Shown: positions 38,355 through 50,756 of the stretch, piece after piece
Position numbering within the stretch: position 1 is the stretch's first letter
How the letters are laid out: each line of letters opens with the position of its first letter
From: Eledone cirrhosa
Lineage: Eukaryota
Assembly: GCA_964016885.1 (NCBI GenBank)
Contig: OZ024740.1
Coordinates: forward strand, 219,666,001 to 219,730,000
Reading direction: 5' to 3'
Length of the DNA stretch: 64,000 nucleotides
The notes under the pieces: generated by a model
What the model saw: the letters and a program-made list of their open reading frames with translations, nothing else
Told to the model about the DNA's origin: nothing
Database searches by the model: none
Position numbers and translations under genes: made by a program

Positions 38355-38760
38355 CTATCATCATCATCATCACTATCATCAACACCAACAACACCACCAC
38401 CACCATCACCAACACCACTAACACCACCATCATTACCACCACCACCAACACCACCACAACCACCACCATCATTACCACCACCACCACCACCATCAACAAT
38501 ACCATCACCATCATCAACACCACCATCATTAGCACCACCACCACCGCCACCACTCACCATCATTACCACCACCAACACCAGCAACACCACCAAGACCACC
38601 AACTCCACCACCAACACCACCAACTCCACCACCAACACCACCACCACCATCACCACCATCACCACCACCACCACCACCAACACCACCATCACCACCAACA
38701 GCACCACCAACACCACCAACACCACCACCAACACCACCACCAACACTACCACCACCACTT
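38355..38760. repeat. (ACC/ATC)n tract
   Basis: Direct inspection. Confidence 0.95.
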
Positions 38761-38807
38761 ATTGTTCCATGCATGTTGACAGAATTGTCATATTGTCAAC
38801 ATCTAGA

Positions 38808-39310
38808 CAGTATCTGGTTGGACATGTGGACAAGATAAACTATCTGTCGTAAGGAACTCACACACACACACACACATACATATACATGTACCCACACAGA
38901 CACAGACATATGTATACATATACATACATACATGCACACACACACACACAGTCATACATATGCACAGTCATACATATACCCACACAGACACATACGTGCA
39001 CACACACACAGACACATACAAGCATCCACACATACAAGCACCCACACATAAATGCACCCACACATACATGCACACACACACACACATGCATACATATGCC
39101 CATACATACATATACCCACACAGACACACATGTACACACACACACACATACATGCACCCACACATACAGTATCTGGTTGGACATGTGTACAAGATAAAAT
39201 ATCTGTAGTAAGGAACACACACACATACACACACAGACACACATACATACACATGCACCCGCACATACATGCACACACACACACACACACACACATACAC
39301 ATACATGTAC
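38808..39310. repeat. CA-rich tract with a 50-bp unique unit duplicated at 359-bp spacing
   Basis: cagtatctggttggacatgtg.acaagataaa.tatctgt.gtaaggaac at 38808 and 39167. Confidence 0.85.
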
Positions 39311-39733
39311 GCCCACCACACATAGATGGGCTCTAGCATGCACTTGAGTATACATGTAATGTGTTGTATGTATTGTAATATGTATTTGTTATTTGCAATG
39401 TAATATGGAAAGAAAACCAATTTTCAGATCAAGTGAGTCAATCATTATTGAGGATGATACATGGAGTGTTGTATTGATTTTAGTGGGACCAGAGAGGAGA
39501 AAGGATTGGAAAATGGGAAATGCAAACAACTTGTATACTATTTGCTGAAGTAGAGTAGAGGACTATATACTCTGTGGTTAAGAAGTTTGATTCACAACCT
39601 TATGGTTTCAGGTTCAAGCCAATTATCTCCAACTATCTTCTACTACATAGTCATGGGTTGGTCAATATCTAGTGAGGAAAATTTGGATGATAGAAATTGA
39701 GCTGAAGACTATTTTATATATATATATATCTAT

Positions 39734-40120
39734 CTAAGGCGGGTAAAATTCCCGAGATCCATGGACGAGTTCTCTCCAGCGGTCTATGTCCCTCATTATC
39801 GCTGCCATGTCCTGCATCTCCAACAGACCAGTGTCTGTCCTTAGGGCATCAACATATGTTAACCTTGGTCTTCCTCTTCTAGTGTGTCCATGTAGGGGCT
39901 CCCAAAGGAGGACTGAGTGCAATGTCAACTCTGGATGTCGGTGAGCATGTCCAGCTAACCTCAGTCTCCTCTAATGTAGGCGGGAAGCCGCTGGAATTGG
40001 TTGAGGACTTCCTGTATTTGGGAGCAAAGATGATGTGGTTGAGAGGAAGAGCAAGGCCTGGGCGGCGTGCCACAGCTTGAGATCGGTGTGGAAGTCGGAC
40101 CTTCGTAGAGACCTGAAAAT
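39734..40120. mobile_element. RTE-clade LINE (family 3), 5'-inverted insertion
   Basis: 39734-39972 is the 3' end on -. 39974-40120 is an upstream part of the same family on +, by comparison with 49879-50735. Confidence 0.75.
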
Positions 40121-40183
40121 ATATATATATATATATATATACAATATATTAACAAATAGAAACTATATTTATAAAACCATATT

Positions 40184-40249
40184 TATTTTATTATACATAT
40201 TTCAAGGGCCACCAAGGCAAATTATGGTGTGCTTTCATCAGATAAAATA
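40184..40249 (-). ncRNA. Minimal hammerhead ribozyme in the Penelope 3' pLTR
   Basis: UAUUUUAU CUGAUGA aagcacacca..ugguggcccuu GAAA UAUGUA UA AUAAAAUA. Same strand as the PLE ORF. Confidence 0.8.
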
Positions 40250-42784
40250 CAATACAGATTTGTTTTATAAATAAATATTGACATACCCTGAAAAAAGACA
40301 ACCTTAACGGTTGGAGCTTCCAGGATAGTGGAGATATTACATTTATTGAGGGTGATAGAAAATTATGATTGAGTATGCAAATGAGTGTCCGAAAGATTGA
40401 AAAGTTAACGGTTTATTTAAATTAAACTGTTGTAAGAAGGTGATATGTGATGGAGAGAGAAAAAAAGGAGCGATTACACATATTTTTGACAGTGAAAATA
40501 TTGTGAAGAGTGTAAGTATATTTTTAAGTGAGAGAAGATATTAGTTTTAAAGGACAAATAGAGCGTAAGTATATTTATTGAAAGGAGAAATGAAGAAAAG
40601 AATAGCATGGAGGAATAATATTTATAATGCAGGATTCGTTATGTTTTGATTATAATATTTATAATGATAGGTTGAAAAATTAGATTAAAGATTTAATTTA
40701 ATAATTAGTTTAAATGTATATGTTAAGGATTATAAATAATTAAAAAATATATATTATTTTACATTAGAGCAAATCTAGTATAGTTTATTTTATTAAAAGT
40801 TGTAAGTCAAAAATTTAAAACATCCAAATAATTCTAAATTTATGGAAAATTTTCGAGAGTTTACAAAAGAATAACCACTTAGTTATTTTATAAAAACAGT
40901 AAGGGAGCGTAAAGGAATTTATAAGTGATATTTTTAGATGACTCTAAGGATTAAATGCTATAAAGTTAAGAAGTTAAATTTTCAATCTTAAGAATATAAT
41001 TAGAACATGAACCTTATGTTATTTTATACGAAGTCACAAAATTTACTTGCTATAAAGTTAAAACATTTAAAAAAAAAAAAAATTTTCTTAAGAATATATT
41101 TAAAGCATAAACCATAGGTTACACCACATATATATATAAAAAATCATATGTTTTTCACATATATATAAACATTTGGATATACATATTAAAAACGTTTGAA
41201 AATATAATAATATAAAAATATAGTTTTTTTCTATATTTTTCAAAGGAATTTTCAAAAGATTTTCTTAAACCCTTCAGTAAGTTTTTCAAGAAAAAAATTT
41301 TCCTTAAAGGAGTTTCAAGCAATCATATAAAGTAATTTTATAATCTATCGATAGGTGTAATAATAAATTAAGTTTATGAATCATATATGGATATAGAAGA
41401 CATTTTATATATATATTTAAAAGTTGAATTTAAACGATGTTTGCAAGAACTAAATAAATTGTTTCTCAAATTAATAGAGTTCTTACTTTTTAGTATAAAG
41501 AATATTTCTTCGACACAAAGGGAACAATTTTTGGATAAAGCAGTGTATGAAGGAGCTTTGGAGATAATATTCCAAAGTAAAGAATAGTTAATGCTCTTTG
41601 ATTTCAGGTCCAATAGTAAGTTAGATAGAGAAGTTGAAGATTGTTTACCTATATTCGTAAAAGAACATTTGTGGTTATTAAAACGGGACTTGAAGTCTGT
41701 GGAGGTAGAGCCTACATAATTAAAGGAGTTTACATTTGTTTTAACATTACAATTGTATACTATATTTTTAACTAAACAATTATTATTTAGAGGACAGTTA
41801 GATTTATTTCTACAATTACATTTATCTAAATTTAAATTACTGGGAGCCGTAACATTATATTGGATATTGCTAGGGGTATTAATGCTATTCTGGTTAGGTT
41901 TTAAGTTTCTATTATTAATTCTATTAATATTCTGCGCTAGATTCATAGTTGTGGAATATGAGAGTTTAATAGTATGTCTATTAAATATTGAGTAATATCT
42001 GTGTATTCTAGGAATGCATTTATCTAGAGCTTTAAAGAATAATAGGAGTTTTAATACTTAATGAGAAAGGGGGAGCGAACCATAATATATTTCTAGTTCT
42101 AATTTTTCTTTTGGTTTTCGAGTTAGTGTAAGGTTTTCTATTATAATATTTATAGTTATGATTAGTTGGCATATCCTTATTATCAATGTATTTAATTTTA
42201 TTACTATAGCCTGCTCTACCTAACGCTTCATTATAATATTGTGCCTTATCTTCAAATATATTTTTATTAGCTGAAATTCTAGAAATACGTTGCTGCACAG
42301 AATTTACAATAGTGTTTTTAACGGATCTGGGGTGATTGGAATTAAAGTTAACATAGTTTAGATTCTCATTTATTTTATGAAATGGATAATAAAGATCAGT
42401 GTTAAGGTTTAAAGTTACATCTAAAAAATTAACTCTTTTATAATTATTCTCTACTTCTACTTTAAGATTAAAGCAATTAAAAAATTATATAATTTCTTTT
42501 CTTTTCCTATTTATTTCACAATTATTATTATTTTCTATAAGTAATAGCATATCGTCACGATATAAACCACCGGTCATCTCTGGTATTTTCCTATGTAAAG
42601 TATTGTTAATAAAAAGCCTCACAAGATCCGTTATTTATGCCGAGTCGGATGATCCCATAGTAATATCAAAATTATTATCTCTGTCTGCTCTAGTCCAGAG
42701 GTGGTTGTTAAATTTAATTAATGTTTTACGTGCAGTTAAGATAATGTGCATTTCATTACTAGTTAAATCTGTATATTTAAATGT

Positions 42785-43086
42785 CTGTGAGTTCAATTCT
42801 CAGACCGGGTGATGTGTTGTTTCCTTGAGCAAGACACTTTATTTCACATTGCTCCAGTTTACACAGCTGTAGAAGTGAGATGATAGGACTGGGGTCCCTA
42901 TCAATCCACTGCAAAGTGGTCGTGGAGGGGCCACGGCAAAAAAGCACCCAGCACTCACTGTAAATGAGGTTGGTGTTAGGAAGGGCATCCAGCTGTAGAA
43001 ATCAAGCCAGAATCAGTTCCCGTCCCACTCTTGCAAGCAGGGAAAAGTGGACATAAAATGATGATGATGATGATGATGATGATGAT
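42785..43086 (+). mobile_element. SINE inserted into the Penelope RT
   Basis: Main SINE family; interrupts the RT reading frame after LLNKAL. Confidence 0.85.
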
Positions 43087-44104
43087 GTAAGGGCTTTATT
43101 AAGTAGATTAGGAGTGATAGATGAATAATAATTAGTAATATCCAATTGAATAAATTTATTGTTATGCTTATATTTAAAGTCCTTAAACCAGTTGAAAACT
43201 TCATTAGTCCCATTCCATAATTCTAAATAAGATATTTCCTTAAGTTGTGGTATGATTCTATCTAAAATATTCTTGCTAAGTATGCCAAGATCCGATTTAG
43301 ATGGTGCAATCAATCTAACTGGTAATTCAATTTCAAAATTTCTTTTATGGTCCTTCATATTAATTTTTGGTTTCCTAGGTATGAAGGGTTGAGTCCTATT
43401 TTCGATGCCTAATTCCTGCATTATATAAGAAGCTTCTGTATTTAGTTTTTCAAGGTCATCATTGGTTGCTCTTTTGTAATTCTTCCTTAATTCCTTCAAT
43501 ATAAGATCATTGTAATTATCCTTTTGCATTCCATAAAGATTGTTGATTTTATCTGATTTAACTAGAATTTTTTCCGGTAATCCTGCCCTACGAAGTGGTT
43601 TTTCTTAAATTTAATGCTTTGCATGATAGAGATAATCTCATTTTCAAATTCCATTAATAGTTTGTTGGAAGGTGGATTCTTTTTGGATTTGAAGATTCTA
43701 TCAAGATTGGAAATATTTTCTTTCACATCAGATTTATCGAAATGAAAAGCACGCCATCTGAGTCTTCTTATAAATGAGTCCGATTTTTCTGAGTTGTTTT
43801 AGAAAGTCCTTATTCCTAGGTAAAGGTATGTCTTTTAGAGAAGAGATCTTAAAGAATTCCATTTTTAATCAGTTATAATTTAAAGTGCTCAACAATAAAG
43901 GAGCAAAATATATGCAGAGTAATTTTGAAATATGTATAATAAAATAAATATGGTTTTATAAATATAGTTTCTATTTGTTAATATATTGTATATTTACTCC
44001 ACTAAACTGTTGAGTGCTTTACATCAGTTATAAAAATGTTTAAGCTTGTTGAATCCCAACAAATTAAATATAACCTCTGCATATATATATATATATATAT
44101 ATGC

Positions 44105-45192
44105 AGAGGGTTCGGTCCTCAGCCCGCTCTTGTTCATTATAGTCCTCCAAGCCATAACAGAGGAGTTTAAGACTGGCTGTCCATGGGAACTTCTCTATGC
44201 TGACGATCTGGCTCTTATGGCAGAATCAGTAGAGGAGCTAGAGAATAAATTCCGGCTATGGAAACAGCAGTTGGAAGCAAGAGGACTGAGAGTAAATCTA
44301 GCTAAGACAAAAGTGTTGATGAGTAGAAAAGAGGACAAAACCCTGATTCCGTCAGGGAAATGGCCATGTTCGATATGCAGAAAAGGAACTGGCATAAATT
44401 CTATAAAATGCACACAATGTAGGTCCTGGGTACACAAGAGATGTAGCGGGATAGCAGGCAAACTAACAGGTAGGGAGAACTATGTATGCAGTAGATGTAC
44501 AGGGAAATTAGACAGTAGAAGTCGCACTGATAGACACATTTTTCAAATGCGAGAGGGCGCTATAGAAGTGGTGGATAGCTTCCGGTACCTAGGAGATCAG
44601 ATTAGCGTGGGAGGAGGGTGTTCCGAGGCCATAGTATCTAGAATAAGGACGGGTTGGAAGAAGTTTAGGGAGCTGCTTCCTCTGTTGACGAAGAAGGGTT
44701 TCTCCCTGCGTACGAAAGGCCGGTTGTATGATGCCTGTGTGAGGAGCGCGATGCTGCATGGTAGTGAGACATGGGCAGCTACCGCAGAAGATATGCGACG
44801 GCTGGAGAGAAATGAGGCAAGCATGCTCCGTTGGATGTGCAGTGTAAATGTGCGTGAACGACCCAGCATAAATGTGTTGAGAGAGAAACTGTGTCTGAGA
44901 GGGATAGAATGTAGTGTACGGGAGAGGAGACTGAGGTGGTATGGACATGTGATGCGCATGGAGGATGACCGATGGGTGAAGAAGTGCCAGGAAATGCCAG
45001 TTGAAGGAAGACGTGGTAGAGGTAGACCACGAAAAACATGGGCGGAGGTGGTGAGAACAGACCTCAGATCATTGAAGCTCACGGTGGAGATGACGAGGGA
45101 CCGTGACGAGTGGAGAGATGCTGTGCTGAATAAGACCCGTCCCACCCTTGCAAGCAGGGAAAAGCGGACGTAAAATGATGATGATGATGATG
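44105..45192 (+). mobile_element. RTE LINE family 2, 5'-truncated, open ORF (young)
   Basis: Uninterrupted frame from GSVLSPLLF through YADDL, the PHD-like finger, WYGHVMR and GRPRKTW to the stop at 45173, then (TGA)n. Confidence 0.93.
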
Positions 45193-45465
45193 ATATATAT
45201 AACCAAAAGTTTAACAATACGGATGTTTAGATATTTAATTATTTAAATTTTTAACAGTTATCTACTTATTTGTTTATATATTTTACTTGTCTTTATATAT
45301 ACTTATTGTATTTTTTTATACACGTTTTCCTACATACCCTTTCAATTATATGTAGTTTGTCATGTTACTACTTACGGTATATAAATATTGAGTTTTGTCA
45401 TAATTAATCACTGCCAAAACTGAAATTGAACCATCAGCACAGTTGAGGTATGTCAGACATCAATT

Positions 45466-45523
45466 TATTTTATCTGATGAGGACGTACTGATGAAACAGC
45501 TCAGAAATATATATAATAAAATA
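45466..45523 (+). ncRNA. Hammerhead-like motif with irregular stem II
   Basis: UAUUUUAU CUGAUGA ggacguacugaugaaacagcuca GAAA UAUAUA UA AUAAAAUA. 8-bp stem I, but stem II closes poorly. Confidence 0.55.
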
Positions 45524-45640
45524 TATTTGATCACATGAATGTCTATATTTATTAATATTTTGAAGTAATATATATATATAAAATAATCTTCAGCACAATT
45601 TCTATCATTCAAATTTTCCTCACTAGATATTGACCAACCC

Positions 45641-45706
<66 letters not shown>

Positions 45707-46276
45707 TAAAATATGTCTATAGAATCACCAGATAAAATATATACCATTTCCTCTCCCAATTACCATAATTAACCGTATAAAAAATCGATTAGACCAAGCT
45801 ATAAGAATAAAGGCTTCTATGAAGAAATCTCCGACAAATAACCGAAAGCAGCCCTTCGCGTCAGTTGCGACGGAATATTTATCGAGTATTTCGACAGCGT
45901 GTATGAATCGACCAGATATACAGTCAACTAAACAGAATTAGGTGTAAAATAAACTAGGAGAAAAGTGAACATATTTAGTTACCTCTACCATGGTTTCGTC
46001 CGCATTTTAAGATAGCATTGGACACCTAGAGCACCGGACTCTTCAGGAAGTTAGCTCAAATTTAGACAATAAATTTTCCAAAGTGATCGCGCCAAGAATA
46101 CATTCAAAAATGGCTAAGAATCGTGACGTAGCAGCGGTCAGGTTAGAAAGGATGTGAATAGTTGCTTACGGCTGGTGGCTTATTGCTAGAAAGCGCAGCA
46201 CAATACAGCCAAAATTTTATCTCAACCTTACGGGAGATTATTACATATAAAGGTTTACATATATATATATACATAT

Positions 46277-46612
46277 GGAGGCACATGGCTTAGTGGTTAG
46301 AGCATTGGCCTTGCAATCGAAAGGTTGTGAGTTCAATTCTCAGACCGGGTGATGTGTTGTTTCCTTGAGCAAGACACTTTATTTCACGTTGCTCCAGTTT
46401 ACTCAGCTGTAGAAATGAGATGATAGGAACTAGGGTCCATATCATTCCACTGCAAAGTGGTCGTGGAGGTGCCATGGCAAAAAAAGCACCCAGCACTCAC
46501 TGTAAATGAGGTTGGTGTTAGGAAGGGCATCCAGCTGTAGAAATCAAGCCAGAATCAGTTCCCGTCCCACCCTTGCAAGCAGGGAAAAGTGGACGTAAAA
46601 TGAAAAATGAAA
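46277..46612 (+). mobile_element. SINE (main family)
   Basis: Full head-to-tail copy. Confidence 0.9.
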
Positions 46613-46909
46613 TGAATATATATATATGTGTGTGTTTTGCAACAGGTCACTTTGTGGCTCAATGAAGAGTTAATAAATTAAATAATTGTTTCTACTTTTT
46701 GGCACAAGGCCAGCAATTATCCCAGTACATTACTGGTACTTTATTTTATCGACCCTGTAAGGATGAAAGGCAAAGTTAACCTCGGCGGGAATTGAACTCA
46801 CATCGTAAAGGGACGTAACTATGCTGAAAAGCATACTCTAACCCTCTACCGATACCTGCCAATTCACCACCCTTAATAAATTAAATAAATTAAATAATCA
46901 GAGCTATAT

Positions 46910-46961
<52 letters not shown>

Positions 46962-47033
46962 TATATTTTGAGAATAAACTCTCAGTCGTTTACAATAATT
47001 AAGCTCCAGGAAGGGGCTCTTCCGAGCAGTTAA

Positions 47034-47213
47034 ATACATTTAAAGTATATGATAAACACGAAATGTGTTTACATTGCAATATAAGCTTGTCTTTATCGAC
47101 TTGTATCGAGACAGACAAATTGTATTCACTTTTATTAGTTTATTTCATTAATAGCTAACTTTGTCTGTTGCAATGTAAACACATTTCGTGTTTATCATAT
47201 ACTTTAAATGTAT
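47034..47213. repeat. Fold-back, ~46-bp perfect arms
   Basis: atacatttaaagtatatgataaacacgaaatgtgtttacattgcaa and its reverse complement. Confidence 0.85.
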
Positions 47214-47226
47214 ATATATATATATA

Positions 47227-47402
47227 AATGGCTTCTACAGGACTAGAAATGTTTCATTCATATAAAATTATTAGGAATTCCTAATGATTTCATACAAATG
47301 AAACAGTTATAGTCCTGTAGAAGCCATTTCTATATTTAATAATGATGTTTACACTCTACTAATGTACTGAGTACCTTTTTTAACTGTGGTCACCCCTGAT
47401 TT
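47227..47402. mobile_element. Short fold-back element family (also 56961-57140; half copy 36240-36292)
   Basis: aaatggcttctacaggactaga...atcattagg / cctgatgatttcatacaaatgaaacagttctagtcctgtagaag.catttc, plus a shared tail gagtac..taactgtggtcacccctgat. Confidence 0.7.
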
Positions 47403-47404
47403 TA

Positions 47405-47765
47405 CTCATGATCATCCTCATCATCATCACCGTTTTACGTCCATTCTTCCATGTTAGCATGGGTTAGATGGGTTGTCCTGTTGTGGGAAGTGCCCATTCG
47501 GCTGACCTTGTCTTGCTCATACGGGAACTGATTCTGGCTTGATTTTTACAGCTGGATGCCCTTCCTAACACTCATTTACAGTGAGTGCTGGGTGCTTTTT
47601 ACTGCGGCGCCTACAACATGACCACTTTACAGTAGGAAGGGGTGGAGCCATACTGTCTATATGCTTCAGTTTCGGCTTGTACCCGAGGGAAGTCAGGTCT
47701 TCTGTATTACTGCATAATGCCAGAGGTCTCGGCCTCTGTCATCGCCTTTGAGAGGTGTAATTGGA
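47405..47765 (-). mobile_element. RTE family 1 3' end
   Basis: Homologous to 27480-27880. Confidence 0.75.
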
Positions 47766-47809
47766 CATATATAAGTGTGTGTATGTGTGTGTGTATATAA
47801 TAATAATAA

Positions 47810-48935
47810 TGATGATGATGATAATGAAATTATTGTGTAGTGCTCAGGTGCACTATAACTCATCAAAGGTGCATGTATAGTACATACAATAATGTACAAA
47901 TGTCAGAAAAATGACCATTGTATGAGTCATGATATACATGTGTGTGTGTGTGTGTGTGTGTATGGAGGGGGGGATATCAGGTGTAGTGTTGGCAAATTTC
48001 AGGAAGCATGGAGGTTTTAAAGGATGCAGTGTCTCGACAGCTAACAACTGATGCAGGTAGTTTGTTCCATGCTTCAGCAACTCTGAGTGTGAAAATATGT
48101 TTCTGAAAGTCATGGGAGCTGTGCTGTTTTCTGACTTTGTTGGCATGCCCATGTGTGTTAGACACATGGAAATCAAAAAGGTACTCAGGGTTGTTGTTGG
48201 CAAGATGGTTAATCATTTTGTGGGTGTTTACCAAGTCAGTTGCCAGATGTCAGAGCTTCAATGTATCCATGCCCAGGAAGCAAGGTGTTCTGAGTATGGT
48301 AGATGCCTGATGGAGGGTATTTGCTTGGTTGCACGTCCCTGAACAGTTTCCAGGAGGTCGATGTTTTGAGCAAGATAGGGGTTCCAGACTGGTGATGCAA
48401 ATTCCAAGTGTGGCCACATCATAGCTATATACAGCTCTAAATAGATAGTGGAGAGCAGCTGACAAAGGTCTTGCTGAGTGATGCCAAGACACCTTCGGCC
48501 TTCTTGACAATTTTAGAGACGTGCTTCATCCAACGCAAATCACTGCTGACAGTATTGCCCAGGTCACGTTCACAAGAAGACTTCTTGATATTAGTGTTGT
48601 GAAGGGAGTATGTGGGCACTGGATTTTTCTTCCCAAAATGCATAGTGGTACTCTTGTCCACAGCCAACATGAGGTGCCAGTCTGTGATCCATTGTTGCAT
48701 TGTGTCCATGTCTGATTGCAGGAAAGATCTATAGTGTTTAGGATCTGTCCTTTTTATCTCAAGGTACAGCTTGATGTCATCTGCATATTTCAGTACTGTG
48801 GCATTCTTTAAGTTGGCATTTATGTCATTAATATATGCCACAAACAAAAGGGGACCAAGAACAGATCCCTGTGGTACACCAGATGACATCTCATTTGGTG
48901 AGGAATGCTGTCCTAGAACTGTGACTACCTCTCTT
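47810..48935 (-). mobile_element. CR1-clade LINE 3' fragment
   Basis: SGVPQGSVLGPLLF, KYADDIKL, ERDLG and FTLRVAEAWNKLP, with frameshifts. Confidence 0.88.
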
Positions 48936-49815
48936 CGACTTATATATCTATATATGTGTATATGTGTGTATATATATATATATTGTCATCATAATCAACA
49001 CCATATAGTGTCTATATATGTAAATGTGTATGTGTGTGTGAGCATGTGTGTGTCCATGCATGTGTTAACATCTACACTACTTAAAATTCGGTGCTGTATC
49101 TCTAATGTCTTGTAAATTAAGAAGTTCAACAAATAAATATTGATGAAATAAATATGAGAGGGTAAAAGTAAATATACTAATGGAGATATTATCAGCTATT
49201 ATCTTGAAACTGGAGCCATAGCAAAACCACAATCCAATAACTGAAACCAATAAAAAAGTACTGTTAATTTCAGTTTAGCATTATAATATACCAAATTATT
49301 TACATTTCCCATCTCCCCAGCCATTCTCTCCTGTTCCTATTAAAATCAATATGTCATTCCACATATCTTCCCAAATGATGATTGACAGTCTTGATCCAGA
49401 AAGCTTCGATTTTTCTTCCATGTTGTAGTGCAAATAACCTATATATACTACATAATACAATACACTGCATGTATGTTCATATGCATGCTTGAGCATGCAT
49501 ATGTGTAAGTCAGTGTGTTTGCATGCATGTGGAGGTCTGTATGCACATGCATTTGTATAGGCCTATGCATCTCAATATACTTTACTACTAGTATTTCATT
49601 ATATATATATATTTAATATAGTATTGAGTACCTTACTTACTGTGGTTACCCCAGATTGAACCCGGGATACACACACATATATATATGTATATATATATAT
49701 ATATAACATAGAGAGAGAGTGTGTGTGTGTCTGTGATACTAAGACCGGGGGGACCATGTGAGCTCTCGATACAGAGGGAGATGCAAAGTGGGTTTAGAGA
49801 TATGTAAAATCCCAA

Positions 49816-49848
<33 letters not shown>

Positions 49849-49878
49849 CTATATAAATGAGTATATCTATCTATCTAT

Positions 49879-50735
49879 CTAGGGCAGGTAAAATTCCCGA
49901 GATCCATGGATGAGTTCTCTCCAGCGGCCTCTGTCCCTCATTATCGCTGCCATGTCCTGCATCTCTAGCAGACCAGTGTCTGTCCTTAGGGCATCAACAT
50001 ATGTTAACCTCGGTCTTCCTCTTCCAGTGTGTCCATGCAGGGGCTCCGACAGGAGCACTGAGTGCAGTGTCAACTCTGATATCGGTGAGCATGTCCAGCT
50101 ATCCTCAGTCTTCTCTGTGTCACTTTTGAGCTGACTTTTGGGATACAGCTCTGAGTTTTTCATCCTCAGTGTATACTGACTAATGTTCAGAGCCATCCTC
50201 AGCATTCTCGTGTAGCACCCATCCACCATCTGAGTGAGTTTCTTGGTCAGTGTCCAAGTCTCAGACCCGTATAGCAGCACAGACTCCACTACAGCAATGA
50301 AGAGGTGGATCTTCAGGTCTTTACGAAGGTCCGACTTCCACACTGATCTCAAGCTGTGGCACGCTGCCCAGACTTTGCTCTTCCTCTCGACCGCACAATC
50401 TTTTGTATTCCCAATCCTTGCTCCCAACAGGAAATCCTCAACCAATTCTAGCGGCTTCCCGCCTAAATTAGTAATCCCCTCTGGCTTCTCAACATTCTCT
50501 ACCAGATATTTTGTCTTAATCTCATTCATTCTCAGCTCCACACTCATCGACACAGTCTCAACCTCCTGCATCAAATCCTCTGCCTCCTTCACTGTATTTG
50601 TCACCAAAACTATGTCGTCGGAAAATTCAGCACCCAATATCTTTTTCGCCTTAACTCTCCTGCTCTGAGCTGGTGCTACAGTAAAGCCAGAGTCCTGGTG
50701 TTTCTCCAGTGCAAGGCACATACAATAGTCCACTA
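49879..50735 (-). mobile_element. RTE-clade LINE family 3, 3' fragment
   Basis: EFSDDIVL, GL/ELRMNEIKTK, ESVLLYGSETWTLT, YTRMLRMAL, GRPRLTYVD. Confidence 0.85.
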
Positions 50736-50756
50736 CGATGTGCATATATATATATA

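Larger units (their letters stand above)
40141..44090 (-). mobile_element. Penelope-like element (RT + C-terminal GIY-YIG endonuclease), near full-length, degenerate
   Basis: ATG at about 43862 (MEFFKISSLKDIPLP...SFIRRLRWRAFHF). RT motifs FIQLDITNYYSSI, FDITMGSSDSA, GGLYRDDMLL, VNFLDVTLNL, NSNHP. Endonuclease ORF 41374-41946 (CNCRNKSNCPL...NIVY...YVGST..FKSRFNNH...CSLC..E...CKHR). 3' pLTR at 40141-40330 and inverted pLTR at 43927-44090. (TA)n on both sides. Confidence 0.9.

Noticed and set aside
44046-45173. 375-aa ORF as a possible domesticated gene
   Set aside because: Its start lies in pLTR/(TA)n sequence, it begins mid-RT, and it ends in a LINE tail with a decayed sibling at 50757-51545. 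It is a young truncated insertion.
46277-46350. tRNA-like sequence with a possible GCA anticodon
   Set aside because: It is the SINE head; the acceptor stem is not closed and it runs directly into the SINE body in every copy.
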